A stretch of DNA of 64,000 bases, taken from contig NC_087250.1 of NCBI RefSeq assembly GCF_037042905.1, positions 12,402,001 through 12,466,000 of the forward strand, read 5' to 3'. This document shows positions 51,782-64,000 of this stretch, piece after piece (within the stretch, counting starts at the first letter, position 1; each line of letters starts with the position of its first letter). The position numbers were made by a program, and so were the translations under genes. The DNA comes from Lytechinus pictus. Lineage: Eukaryota. Under the pieces are notes generated by a model. That model was not told the DNA's origin and did not search any database. It saw only the letters and a program-made list of their open reading frames with translations.

Positions 51782-51931
51782 CCAAGATCAAATTTGTGAG
51801 TTGTATCAGCAGCTCCATTCGTCGGAGGTGCCTCAAACACTTCGCCAGTATGAATCCGTTATCTATGACGTCATAAAGGATCTTAGGCAATACCAGTCAG
51901 AAGTCGATAGGTTAGAGAAATCATTAAAGAG
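51782..51931 (+). CDS. RASEF: RASEF exon
   Basis: tttcag acceptor, AG|gtaagc donor. Reads QDQICELYQQLHSSEVPQTLRQYESVIYDVIKDLRQYQSEVDRLEKSLKR, like RASEF EQVSTLYQ...YEHVI. Confidence 0.9.
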
Positions 51932-52342
51932 GTAAGCTGTTTATAATTCCTTCTTTTTTCAGTATTATTTTTTAATATTTTTTTTATTATTATCATCAGT
52001 AGCAGTAGTAGTAACACTTCTAGTATAATCATGTGCTGTAAACTTAGATTCATATGAATTTCATTGCATTTTTATTTTTTTATGATCTCATGTCCCGGGA
52101 AGAACCCAATAGATTGAATTTACATTTTCTTATAATTATTATCATTGTTATTTGTGTTATGATTTTTATAATATTTATCATTACTACTTGAATTATTATC
52201 ATTATTATTATTATCATTATTACTATTATCACAATTATTATTTCTATTATCATTATTATAATCATTATTTCCAAAATTATTATACCATTATCATGAAAAA
52301 CTCATGATGATCATCATTATCAAATGCAATCATTTATTGCAG

Positions 52343-52433
52343 GACAAATGAAAGCAATACCGAGCACCTACAGCAGCTGGAGTATGAGATGGAAGTACAG
52401 ATGACAAGAACAGAACAGAGAGTTAGGAAGGAG
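52343..52433 (+). CDS. RASEF: RASEF exon (coiled coil)
   Basis: ttgcag acceptor, GAG|gtaaga donor. Reads HLQQLEYEMEVQMTRTEQRVRKE. Confidence 0.9.
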
Positions 52434-52459
52434 GTAAGAGCATAGTACTGAATGAAGAT

Positions 52460-54210
<1,751 letters not shown>

Positions 54211-55313
54211 TACACATTGCTAGTGCAGTTTGATGTATAATTTATATTAAATGTGATATATTTATATACACTATGTTTATGTTTTTCAACTCGGTCTGCA
54301 ATCATCATTGCTTATTCAAAAGATGAAGTATTTTAAAATGTTTTTATATTAATGTGAACCGTATGTTTGTAAATTTACCAATACCACCGAGTCCCTATGT
54401 CTATAGAGGAAAATAATATTTCAATAATAATTGAATACTGGTAAAAGACTACGACTGCGAATCAGATAATTGATTTATGGATGCGGTGGCAGTTGAACAA
54501 TAGGAGGATGAATGGCTCAACGCTCAACAAAAAGAAATCAATATACCTATATGCACCGCCTTTCAAAAAGACTGTATTCCCATACCATCTTAACGATCAA
54601 TACGGTAACTCCTTCGTACACAATGTGCTTGAGATGTGCTCGGATACCAGTCTAAGAAAAATAAGATCAATAATCGGGATGGTTTCTTAAGATGTTTATT
54701 GCGTCCTTGCTCTGCCTACCTCCAAACCTACTTGTACCATATTCTGGACCACAGAAGACTTAAGCTTGAATCACTGTAGATTGTGCGATGTGATCGTTTA
54801 TAAATCTGGCGTCTATATGGAACCTACCAAATGATTGGTCCGGGAAGAAAGCATCCTAAACACGCTTCATGTTTATCTTAATCAGTTTTCGAGTCTGGAA
54901 GTTTGGGCACTTGAATGATTTTAAGGAATAGACCATTCCCCCAATAGACGAGTCCTTGGTGCCTGGAAGTGAATGCAGTGACATTGGCTTGTTCCTAGCA
55001 GTCGTTAGCGAAACTTCTGTCCAGGACCTGACCTCCCACGTGATTACCTTCAAAAGGGAAATCTGAAATGGATGGTTCCATGTCTCCGGGGAAAGTTATT
55101 TCGGATCTTGATTCATTCTACATCATGTGACAGAAAGATTTTCAATGGGGATTGTCATTTATCTTGCTTTTCGATGTAATCAGTTTAAGATGTTATAGGT
55201 CTCTTTGATTGTTGATCTGGATAATATTCAGAATCATCTGCAAGGGCTTTAAAGGTGGAACTTATTACAAACGATATTTATTTGGAGGTTAAGGAAAAAG
55301 TCACACAAGCACG

Positions 55314-56609
55314 ATGGATCTCAGCTTTAACAGTCTTAAGGCTGCTTGGAGCGATGTTACCGAATCGCTCGGTGAGGCTGGTGAGGCCTTCAAGTCGCTG
55401 ATGACGGATGATTTCTCTCAGCCCGTACCCGCTCCTAAGCCTTACGATGCATCCGCCCATAAGTACAAACCAAATCAGCAGGTTCCACAGACGTCAAAGG
55501 CAACAGGGCAGCTTCAGAGACCGACAGGGAACACTGCAGCCAAGCAGAATCTGTCATCAGGTCTTCCACAAAATGCATCCGTCAATAAACAATCCAGTGG
55601 TGCAGTAAATCCACAAAATGTTCACCAGAATGGAATGGAGCAGAAGTCACAGCCCTCCCTACATCACCAACAGGGTCGTTCTATTTATGAGCCGTACTAT
55701 GCCCCGTCGCCAAGTTTTCCATCTGCTTCTGACCAAATCAGGGCTGCTCTTCAGAAGACTGCAGCACCAAAGCCCACAGAGGCTAAACAAATCAATGATA
55801 CTTCAAGTGGTATGATGAGTTCTCAACAGAAACAAAATCTCTCTTCAAATCATTCTACAATTAGTCTCCACGGGAATGAACACAATCTTAATCAGAATTC
55901 AGTAGATAATACTTCCCGACTGTACAAACCACCACCTTTCACAGATGAACATACTAATGTTGCACCACATTCTTTGCCTACAAATGACCAAATGTGGGCA
56001 ACATCCACCACAAATCTGAAGACACTGCCGAAATACTACAAGCCAACACCTTTACTTGCTCATTCTAGTCAAAATGCAGCTCATGGTCTCCAAGGAATTA
56101 ATCATGGTGAATCTCTGCTAACACATTCCATGTCCAATGACACATTACCGAAACATTTCAAACCATCCCCTTTGGTCGGACATTCGGGAATATCTTCAAG
56201 CTCTGGACCGTTGTCCAAAAGTGGCAAATTTGATACGCACCTGACGGATGTTCCGAATGAAGGAATTCTGAGTCACGAACCACACACTTCACTGTCAACT
56301 CGATCAAAATCAGTGTCTGATCTTAAGAAAGCGGACTCTACACCCGATCTTCAACGGGTTAGCAGTTCATCCGGCTTCAGCAGTGAGCATTCTAGCTTCC
56401 AAAGGCCAATCCCGCATAAACCGCTTCGAACCAGATCAAGCTGGCAGGATCTGAACTTGCACAAGTCAACACCGGACCTAAGAAGATGTGGCATCAGCCC
56501 AGGACCTGGATATGAATCTCCAGGAGCAGTAGTTCTTTCAAGAAGGAACTCGATAGGGTCAAGGCCCAGAGCATGGCGATCTTTATCGAGGGGACCAACC
56601 CCATCTCAG
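55314..56609 (+). CDS. Putative alternative first coding exon of RASEF (432 codons, S/P/Q/H-rich, likely disordered)
   Basis: Longest ORF in the window. In-frame TAA at 55290 precedes the ATG, and CAG|gtaaaa at 56609 is phase 0, joining exon 56956 in frame. Confidence 0.7.
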
Positions 56610-56955
56610 GTAAAACGTGAAAGCAGCAGTATTTCCTGCGCGATGGCCGTGTCATAACAGTAACTAATGACATTTTACCATTGGGTATGAAGCACGTATA
56701 GCATCGTTATTTCATGGAGCTCCATGTTTACCTATTTCCTTCGCTCTTGGGGCATAGGAGTTATTGTTGATGTTTATGTATCAACCCTCATTGAACTACC
56801 CATGTCCTCCAAAGTAGACTCGTTACACATAGTGTCAGTAAACGAAATAGCATATTCCACGAGCTTACAAGAATTCGTACGATCGAGAGAAATAGGTCAT
56901 ATGTATCAGTGTGCATGACTTTGAAGTAAAATTTTGATGATCTTTCTTTTGACAG

Positions 56956-57051
56956 GAAAGGGAAAGAATAGAATCTGAGAAAGCCGAGATCCAGAGGCAG
57001 CTTGAGGCAGAAATTCGAGAATTGAAAAGTAATCTCAATCAAATACACAAT
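56956..57051 (+). CDS. RASEF: RASEF exon (coiled coil)
   Basis: gacag acceptor, AAT|gtaagt donor. Reads ERERIESEKAEIQRQLEAEIRELKSNLNQIHN. Confidence 0.88.
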
Positions 57052-57570
57052 GTAAGTGTGGATACTTTACAGATAATCATCTTTTATGACTTAATTCGTT
57101 TGGAAAAATGCATTTTCGGTTATTTGGTAAGAATTTTTTCAGTGTTTCAGTAATTATATGAGCACATGTTACCTCCAAACTACCACCCCGCCCATCTGCT
57201 TTGAAAATACATCCCAAGGTGTGGATTTTTGTTCACCTTTTTTCACAGAGGGAGATAGATAGATGAATAGAGAGAAGGGGGGATACATGAACCATAATAA
57301 TTGATTTTTTGAAATGATGGTTCTTATGCACAAATATCGAATTAAACTTTGTTTTGATAATATCGTATCAATCGATCTTATATCAGTCTGCAGACAGAGA
57401 TTGATTTGAGCAAAACCGGTGTGTTGGGCCAAGATTAGCACCACTTGGCACGCTTGCCCAGTCAACCTCAAGTAGGCTTGAAATTCATACTTTGTTACGA
57501 TAAGTGATTCAACAAACCGAGCTTTTGTACGTGCAATCTAATGATGTTTCTCCATTGTTCTTCTTTAAAG

Positions 57571-57770
57571 GCTGAAGACAAAGTCGACAGAATAGACAAG
57601 CCACGCGAAGACCTGCTCCATTCCCTGAAACAGGACCTCGAACAATTGAGAAGTGAAAATAGGAGTCTGAGAAGCAGTCTAACCGAGGCTCAGACCAACT
57701 TGGTCCTCTCAAGAAGCGAGCTCGTCACCCTGAAAAGTGACTTTGATGAGCAGAATGGATTCATTTCAAA
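57571..57770 (+). CDS. RASEF: RASEF exon (coiled coil)
   Basis: taaag acceptor, AA|gtatgt donor. Reads ENRSLRSSLTEAQTNLVLSRSELVTLKSDF, matching RASEF [20 protein letters not shown]. Confidence 0.92.
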
Positions 57771-59121
57771 GTATGTTTGGCCCACTGGCTTACTGATGAG
57801 GGGGGGGGGGAACGGGGGCTCTCACGACAAAAAAAAAGGGGGGAAACGTGATTTTTGACATTTTCTGAATATTTCACAAAATTTTTCACAAAATAAGATT
57901 GTATTAAGATTAGATTTGTATTGAAAATGTCAACGAATTTGCAAGCATAGTTCGTATGTCCGCAGCATACGCCATTTCTGCCCCCCCCCCTCAACATAAT
58001 TCTTGGCTCATTACGCACCGGCTTGACCCATCTCGTTTCTACAAGTTTGAATGTATATTTTGTTGGAGGCTTTTGCAAGCAGGGGGCGACAGGTTATCGC
58101 CAACAAAGAGACGAGTTCAAGGTGATGGTTTTTTGGTCTATGAATGATAAACGCCCCCCTCTAATAATAGAGAGGGAAAAAATTCCCCCTCTCTCTTTTC
58201 AATACTTGGAAAATGGTAGAGGCGGTTGCCCCTGCCGCATGTAGACCCCCCCCCCCCACTACACACACACCCTCAAACACACACACACATTGGTTTCTGT
58301 TTATCATGGTGACTCCCGTAGGAGCTCTGCAGGACAGCATTTTACTGGTAAACGCCAAGCTGATACATAACCAATTACCTAGGAAACATTTTACGTCAAG
58401 GTTAATCAGTCATAGTGGCTGACCTTATAGACGACAGTTATTACTCTCATGTCTTTTTATCAAAGTGGAGACAATGAAAGAGAGGGGATTCGAACTCACC
58501 ACCTTACGATAATGAGTCCAATGCTCTAACCACTGGACCACACGACCCGTTGCAAATAATGGACCATGTTATCAAGATGTATATTGATCCATTTATTTTC
58601 AATTCTTGATCCTTTATTAATGAATAATTCGTAGTTCTTTTGTCCTGATTGTAAATGGTGATGTGTGATACCATTATTCATCAAACTGTTATTATTTCCG
58701 GCCTGGAAAATTGTTACTAGGATTAACTTTGTCATCTTATGTTTATCTTGATTATTCATATTATAATTTAACGATCAAATAAATACATCTTTTATTTAAG
58801 TCATACATATATTAAGGTCTTGTCGAAAATGTTTAGTCGAATGCAATTACTTCTGACCAGAAAACAGCACTTTACAACGTCTACACATGCAAGTACAAGT
58901 GTCGGTTGCACCTTAAGGATTAGTAATTATATTAATTTAACTAGCTTACTTTCAGAGTGTGCTATGTAATACTGATGGAAATATTATTTAGACTTCTAGG
59001 ATATACTTCTTTTTAATACATTGTTACTGTAATGTTTACTAAGACTATTGCATTTGTAGTCTATTGTTGCGACTAGCAGTATGAATATTGCGTATATATT
59101 TTTGTTTTATTTATTTTTCAG

Positions 59122-59190
59122 TAATCGTGACGTCATACAAGACTACATCGGAGAACAGGAGAACCTAACAAGACAACTCCAATTACTACA
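59122..59190 (+). CDS. RASEF: RASEF exon
   Basis: tttcag acceptor, CA|gtaagt donor. Reads RDVIQDYIGEQENLTRQLQLL. Confidence 0.88.
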
Positions 59191-59223
59191 GTAAGTTAAT
59201 TAAAAGGGATGTTTCGAAAACTA

Positions 59224-59475
59224 CACTGTAAAAACATTGGATAAATTTTTAACCAGCACGAGGGTAATTATGTGTCCAACCATTTTGGGGCAGTATTTTA
59301 CCCAATGCGGGAAGCATATTTTCCAGTAAGGTTAAAAAATTAGCAGCAATTACTTTAGAATGGGCAAAATTTTCATCACACTGGATGAATAAAAATGCCC
59401 AAAAGAAATGCCCAATGTTGGTTGGACCCATAATTACCCTCATGGAGCATTTTTTACTCAATATTCTTTAGAGTG
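59224..59475. mobile_element. CACT-ended MITE
   Basis: TA|CACTGTAAAAA...TTTAGAGTG|TA; homologous to 34259-34513. Confidence 0.78.
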
Positions 59476-59754
59476 TAGTATAAACATATCACAAAGTAAT
59501 ACAGAAATAATGTTAGCATATATTTTCAAAATTTTCAAGTGTATAGTTTAATGAAATTTTATTTATATTAAAAAAACACTGAGTAATAATATCAAACAAA
59601 TAATACTAAAACAGTGATTTGTTTCCTTGAAACGCAATTACGACATTTTACAAAAATAATAATAATAATAATAATAATTATAACATTTGTAGGGCGCTTA
59701 ATACAGGTGTTTCTAAGCGCTCAGTTTTCTGCTGCCTATCAACTAAATTACCGG

Positions 59755-59796
<42 letters not shown>

Positions 59797-60085
59797 AACG
59801 TAGAACTTAAAAAATAAGAAACATCTTGGACTACACATACTATAATGTTACGTGAGGAGGAGGATTTATTATCAATGTTATCAAAGCTATAAAAGAATCA
59901 TGAGCTAAATATTTCTTCCACCGTTTGGAAATATCATTAAAAACACGTGTTTGATAGCTTAAATTATTTATACGAATCCGGATGATTCGTGAAACATTTG
60001 TTTTTTTAACATATTTCAACAAAATACCCAAAGTTTGTACATATCCATACAATTCTAAACGAGTTGCCTTTTTTCTGATTTACAG

Positions 60086-60152
60086 TGAGGCAAACAAAAA
60101 ACTTCAAGACACAAATGACGATCTTAGAGCTGCACTGGAAAATGTATCGAGA
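60086..60152 (+). CDS. RASEF: RASEF exon
   Basis: tacag acceptor, AGA|gtaagt donor. Reads EANKKLQDTNDDLRAALEN, matching RASEF ANRKLHDSNDGLRSALEN. Confidence 0.93.
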
Positions 60153-60711
60153 GTAAGTAGCCGAGATTGAGGGTAGTATATAATATCTGGTGGTAAGATT
60201 AAGCATAACAATTATAGGCCTTAACATAATTTAAGATGTCAGGATGTACATGTAATCTAATTTTCTCTCTGATTCTTTTTTAATCAAAGCGTTAACTAAA
60301 CTTTGAGTAAATTCATTTCAAACGTGGAAAACATTATACTTTTCATTAATGAATATTTTCATTCCTTTATTGAAAGCAAATTATAATAAGAATGTTGACT
60401 AACGTTCAAAATATTTTTCAAACTGGTGAAACTTAAATTATTTGAGAAACTCCTTATTAATTGCCATTTTCTAGGCGATTAGTAGTAGTATTTGGGTGAG
60501 TAACTTTCTTGCCCATCCCTGTTATCTTGAATTAATTTCGTATAAATCATTAAAAGATATACATATAGTATTATTATTATTATTATCATCATCATCATCA
60601 TTACTACCACGCATTTATTATTTAGTATCATTATCATTAATACATATTTCCTTGTCTCCAAATTTGTAAATGTCTTGATCGGCTTTATAAAAAATGATAT
60701 TTTCATTTCAG

Positions 60712-60800
60712 TCGTCTCGGATGTCGCCTCGAACGACACGTCTTCTTAGCTCAGCATCGTACATGAATGATTACGTAGATGATGACGTCATGATAGATCA
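60712..60800 (+). CDS. RASEF: RASEF exon (linker)
   Basis: tttcag acceptor, CA|gtgagt donor; open frame, phases 0-2. Confidence 0.75.
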
Positions 60801-61411
60801 GTGAGTGTTAAATGCATATCATGTTTTTACGCACTAGTATTTTCAGACATCTTCGTTTTAATATTGTTTGTTTTATGTTGGTTCACTTTTGATTTGTTTT
60901 AACTGATTCTTGTTTTTTCCTAGTTATTTATTTGGCACTTGCCGCATCCATACCATGCGATACATTAAATGTAATGTTTAATTGATTTTGGTTTGACATG
61001 TTTCAATAAAACGTGTGAAAACAAGCCCTCATATAATATAAAACAAGCCTCCATGAAACAAACTAGCCTTCAAATTATTTTCTATGAGTGCTTGCTGCAT
61101 TTCCATTCATTATTTTTACCCGTACATGATAATTCTAATTTTGATATTACTCCTCTCCATTTTGCTGATGTTCAAATTTCAAATTTTGTATTTTGTGCAG
61201 AGATTGTATGTAGTGTATCACATACATTTTGAATCTGCTTATATGCTCCGTGGAGAAACATTGAATAAAGACTTCCTTTGCAAGGAGTATTTTGCCTTTT
61301 TTCTATCATTTGTGTGGGATAATGTTGTTGCTATCATATTCTTTCTTTGAAAGGGGGAAAACATCCGCATGTTATTGAATGGATTTTTTTTCTGCCATAT
61401 CACACCCGCAG

Positions 61412-61536
61412 GTCTAGGCAGCGTAAATCGTACGCATCGCAAGGTTCATACGAAGGCTCCGAGGTTCAGATGAATGGAGGAAGGCGCCATTTTGCTTACC
61501 ATACCACTAACGGTGACAACTACCCCGACGATGGAG
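61412..61536 (+). CDS. RASEF: RASEF exon (linker); the gene continues past the window
   Basis: cgcag acceptor, G|gtaggt donor; phase 2 in. Reads SRQRKSYASQGSYEGSEV... Confidence 0.72.
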
Positions 61537-61789
61537 GTAGGTTCTGATATACATGTATGTACATGTATATATTATTTTGATTTACTCAAGGAAGTGTTTT
61601 GAAAGGACGAATTGATAAACAATAATATTTCATCATCAATGATACTGCGCTTTAGTGATGGCCGTCGAGCTCTAGAGTGATAATATTGAGTTTTAACACT
61701 GCAACGCAGAAAGCTTTCAAAAACATAGAACATGTATATTGTTAAATGCCCTTTATGACAAAGAGCAAGCAAGAAGTCTTTATCTAAAA

Positions 61790-61900
61790 CTGGTGAATCG
61801 AAACAGCAGTTTCGTCCTGAACTCTCTGGACGGACAAATTCGATATTTGTAAGGTATTTTTTCCTGCTCGGACAAAACTGCTGTTCCGGTTCACCAACTT
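61790..61900. mobile_element. Small MITE
   Basis: TGGTGAATCGAAACAGCAGTTTCGTCC / GGACAAAACTGCTGTTCCGGTTCACCA inverted ends. Confidence 0.6.
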
Positions 61901-62104
61901 TGTGGATGTCAGTAATAATGTTGAATTTTACTTTTATTAAATACCGGTCACGTTAAAAAGGGCGTTATTTCAGATCTGAAGATGGGCCATTGATGAATTC
62001 AACTGGGGCCATACCTACTGTTAACTGGTTGGTTTCTCTCGAAAACCCCATGATTTCACTAATTAATATATTTTATCACCCCCCCCCCCCCTGGGAAGAA
62101 GTCA

Positions 62105-62460
62105 TTGTCGCACAGTGTGTCTCAAAGTGTGTTCACACTCTGAAATATGAGTAATTATCTTCACACTGTTGGAATTAGGCATGTTACTCGTGTGAACCGC
62201 ATCTTTGTAGTATCTACTATGTGAACACACTTGTGGACAGACGCTCTCACTGTACAGTCGTCCACAGTGGAATTTCAGCATTTAGACAGTATGAGACATA
62301 TCTGTAAAAAGCCCATTATATGATCACACTCAAACCTAACAATGTGGAGATTTACACAGTGTGGAATTACCTTCACACTTGTAAATTTGGGAATTTAACC
62401 AAATGTGAATTACATCCTTACATAGTCCAGTATGTAGACACACAGTGATCAAGATGTATG
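62105..62460. repeat. Dispersed CACAGTGTG/CACACTGTG-rich repeat; relatives at about 28420-28660, 40710-40990 and 63720-63990
   Basis: Recurring CACA(C/G)TGTG motifs in four regions. Confidence 0.55.
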
Positions 62461-64000
62461 ACAATGTTTTCTATCCTACTGCGATCGTCATTTACAGTTT
62501 CATGAATTCTAAGTGCATGCTATTATTATTCAAACGATTATCATGCAGAATGCAGATTCAGTGTCACTATTGTAATGAAGATCGACAAAATATTATATTT
62601 TCATAATTATACTACTTATATCTCAATTGTAATATTATGTTGCTGTTTTATGGTATATAATTATTTTTTTTATATTATCTGTATGTAAGTTATACATTAT
62701 TTATTCCAATGTATAAGATTTGCAGGTACGTCTCTTTTATACGGTAAACATTAAATGCATGGCCTTGAGTAATTTGCCTTAGAATAGATTGATGCTCTAC
62801 GATGTTGAAATAATGTAAACAAAAAATCAAAATAATCATTTTATTAATATTTGATGGTCTAGCACTCATACAACAATCTGGAGCGAGAAAACTGCTCGAG
62901 GAATTTCTAGGTGAGGGTGTGTGGCGATTGCTGTTTAAAAAGCTCAGATATAATAAATAATAACCGCCCACCATGTTCTCAATGTGTAATGACATAATAT
63001 CGCTGATTTTCACTGTGTGAAAACCTAATACACCTATTCCATCATTTAGGTTTTACTAATTGTAGACTTGTGCACTTAAATTTCGTTTGACTTTCTTCTA
63101 TTACGATATGAACAAGTATTTCGTGGATGTGCATTTGTGGTGGAGGCTTAATCAGTATGGACTCCGATTTACCATTCTTCGTTAGAAGAATTTAGCTCCT
63201 ATTACTCTTACCAATGGATGAACTCTACCCAGTATTGCATGATATCATGTTCCTTCTGTAAAGTAACTACTAGTATAAAATGAACGAATTAAAAAGACAA
63301 ACTAAAAACCAACAGTTAACTTATTTGCTGTGACTAATAATTCCTGTCTTCCCGAGAAATCCATTAATACATCATTTTAATAGCAATTCTTATTCAAAAA
63401 ATATTTCAAAATATATCCTACAACAAAGAGAAAAAATCACACTTAAAGTGTTCTTACAAATTTCATACATCAATTTTTACTATACGAACATTAAAAGTTG
63501 TTGTTTAAAAGGTTTAAACAAGTATTTAAAATCTTAAACAAAACCGTTTATTTTTAATAAACTTTGTTATTTAAGATTTCAAAATATGAAGATATCAAAA
63601 TTTTCAGTTCTTGATAAATCAAGCATGCTTTTTAAACTGTTAAACAACTTCTGAAAGGTTTATATACCATAACAACGTTGTATTAAAATCTTAGACGGTG
63701 TTTCTAGCTTTTAATCCCCACTGGAGGATAAACACAGTTTTCGACAGTGTAACACACAGTGTGAAATAACCTTCACTCTGTTGATTTTAAAGCATTATAA
63801 CAGTGTGAATCAAATGTTTGAACAGTCTACTAATTTTATTTTGCAAATATTTACACTTTTGAGATATCCACAGTGTGAACATTTCTTCACACCGTTCAAT
63901 ATGAGCATTTTGACAATGCGGTTCCCATTTTTACACTGCACATTTACACTGTCGACTTGTCCACAATGGGGAATTATGCTAACATTGTTTAATTTAACAT

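Overview
AT-rich, intron-containing animal DNA. The SINE/MITE/Helentron-type repeat content and gene style suggest an echinoderm such as a sea urchin (inference, not proven). Two + strand genes were rebuilt by hand from GT-AG sites with consistent intron phases. (1) The 3' ten coding exons of WDR76 (42-21306, stop TAA 21304-21306). (2) The 5' part of a RASEF/Rab45 orthologue (EF-hands plus coiled coil, about 37101-61536); its Rab domain lies beyond the window. The RASEF locus appears to offer three alternative N-termini: two paralogous EF-hand-pair modules that cannot be joined in frame, and a 432-codon low-complexity exon lacking EF-hands. WDR76 is accompanied by tandem copies of its own exon sequence: four extra splice-acceptor copies in one intron and degenerate last-exon copies in the 3' UTR. 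Introns are packed with non-autonomous transposons: TTAA-flanked elements, hAT, Tc1-like and Harbinger-like MITEs, an 8-kb Harbinger-like element carrying a satellite, a Helentron/HINE-type element and tRNA-SINEs. There is also a Penelope-type inverted repeat carrying a minimal hammerhead ribozyme motif with a U3-A8 covariant core. No CRISPR array, rRNA, true tRNA or intact transposase was found. All homology calls come from recalled sequence motifs, not database searches.
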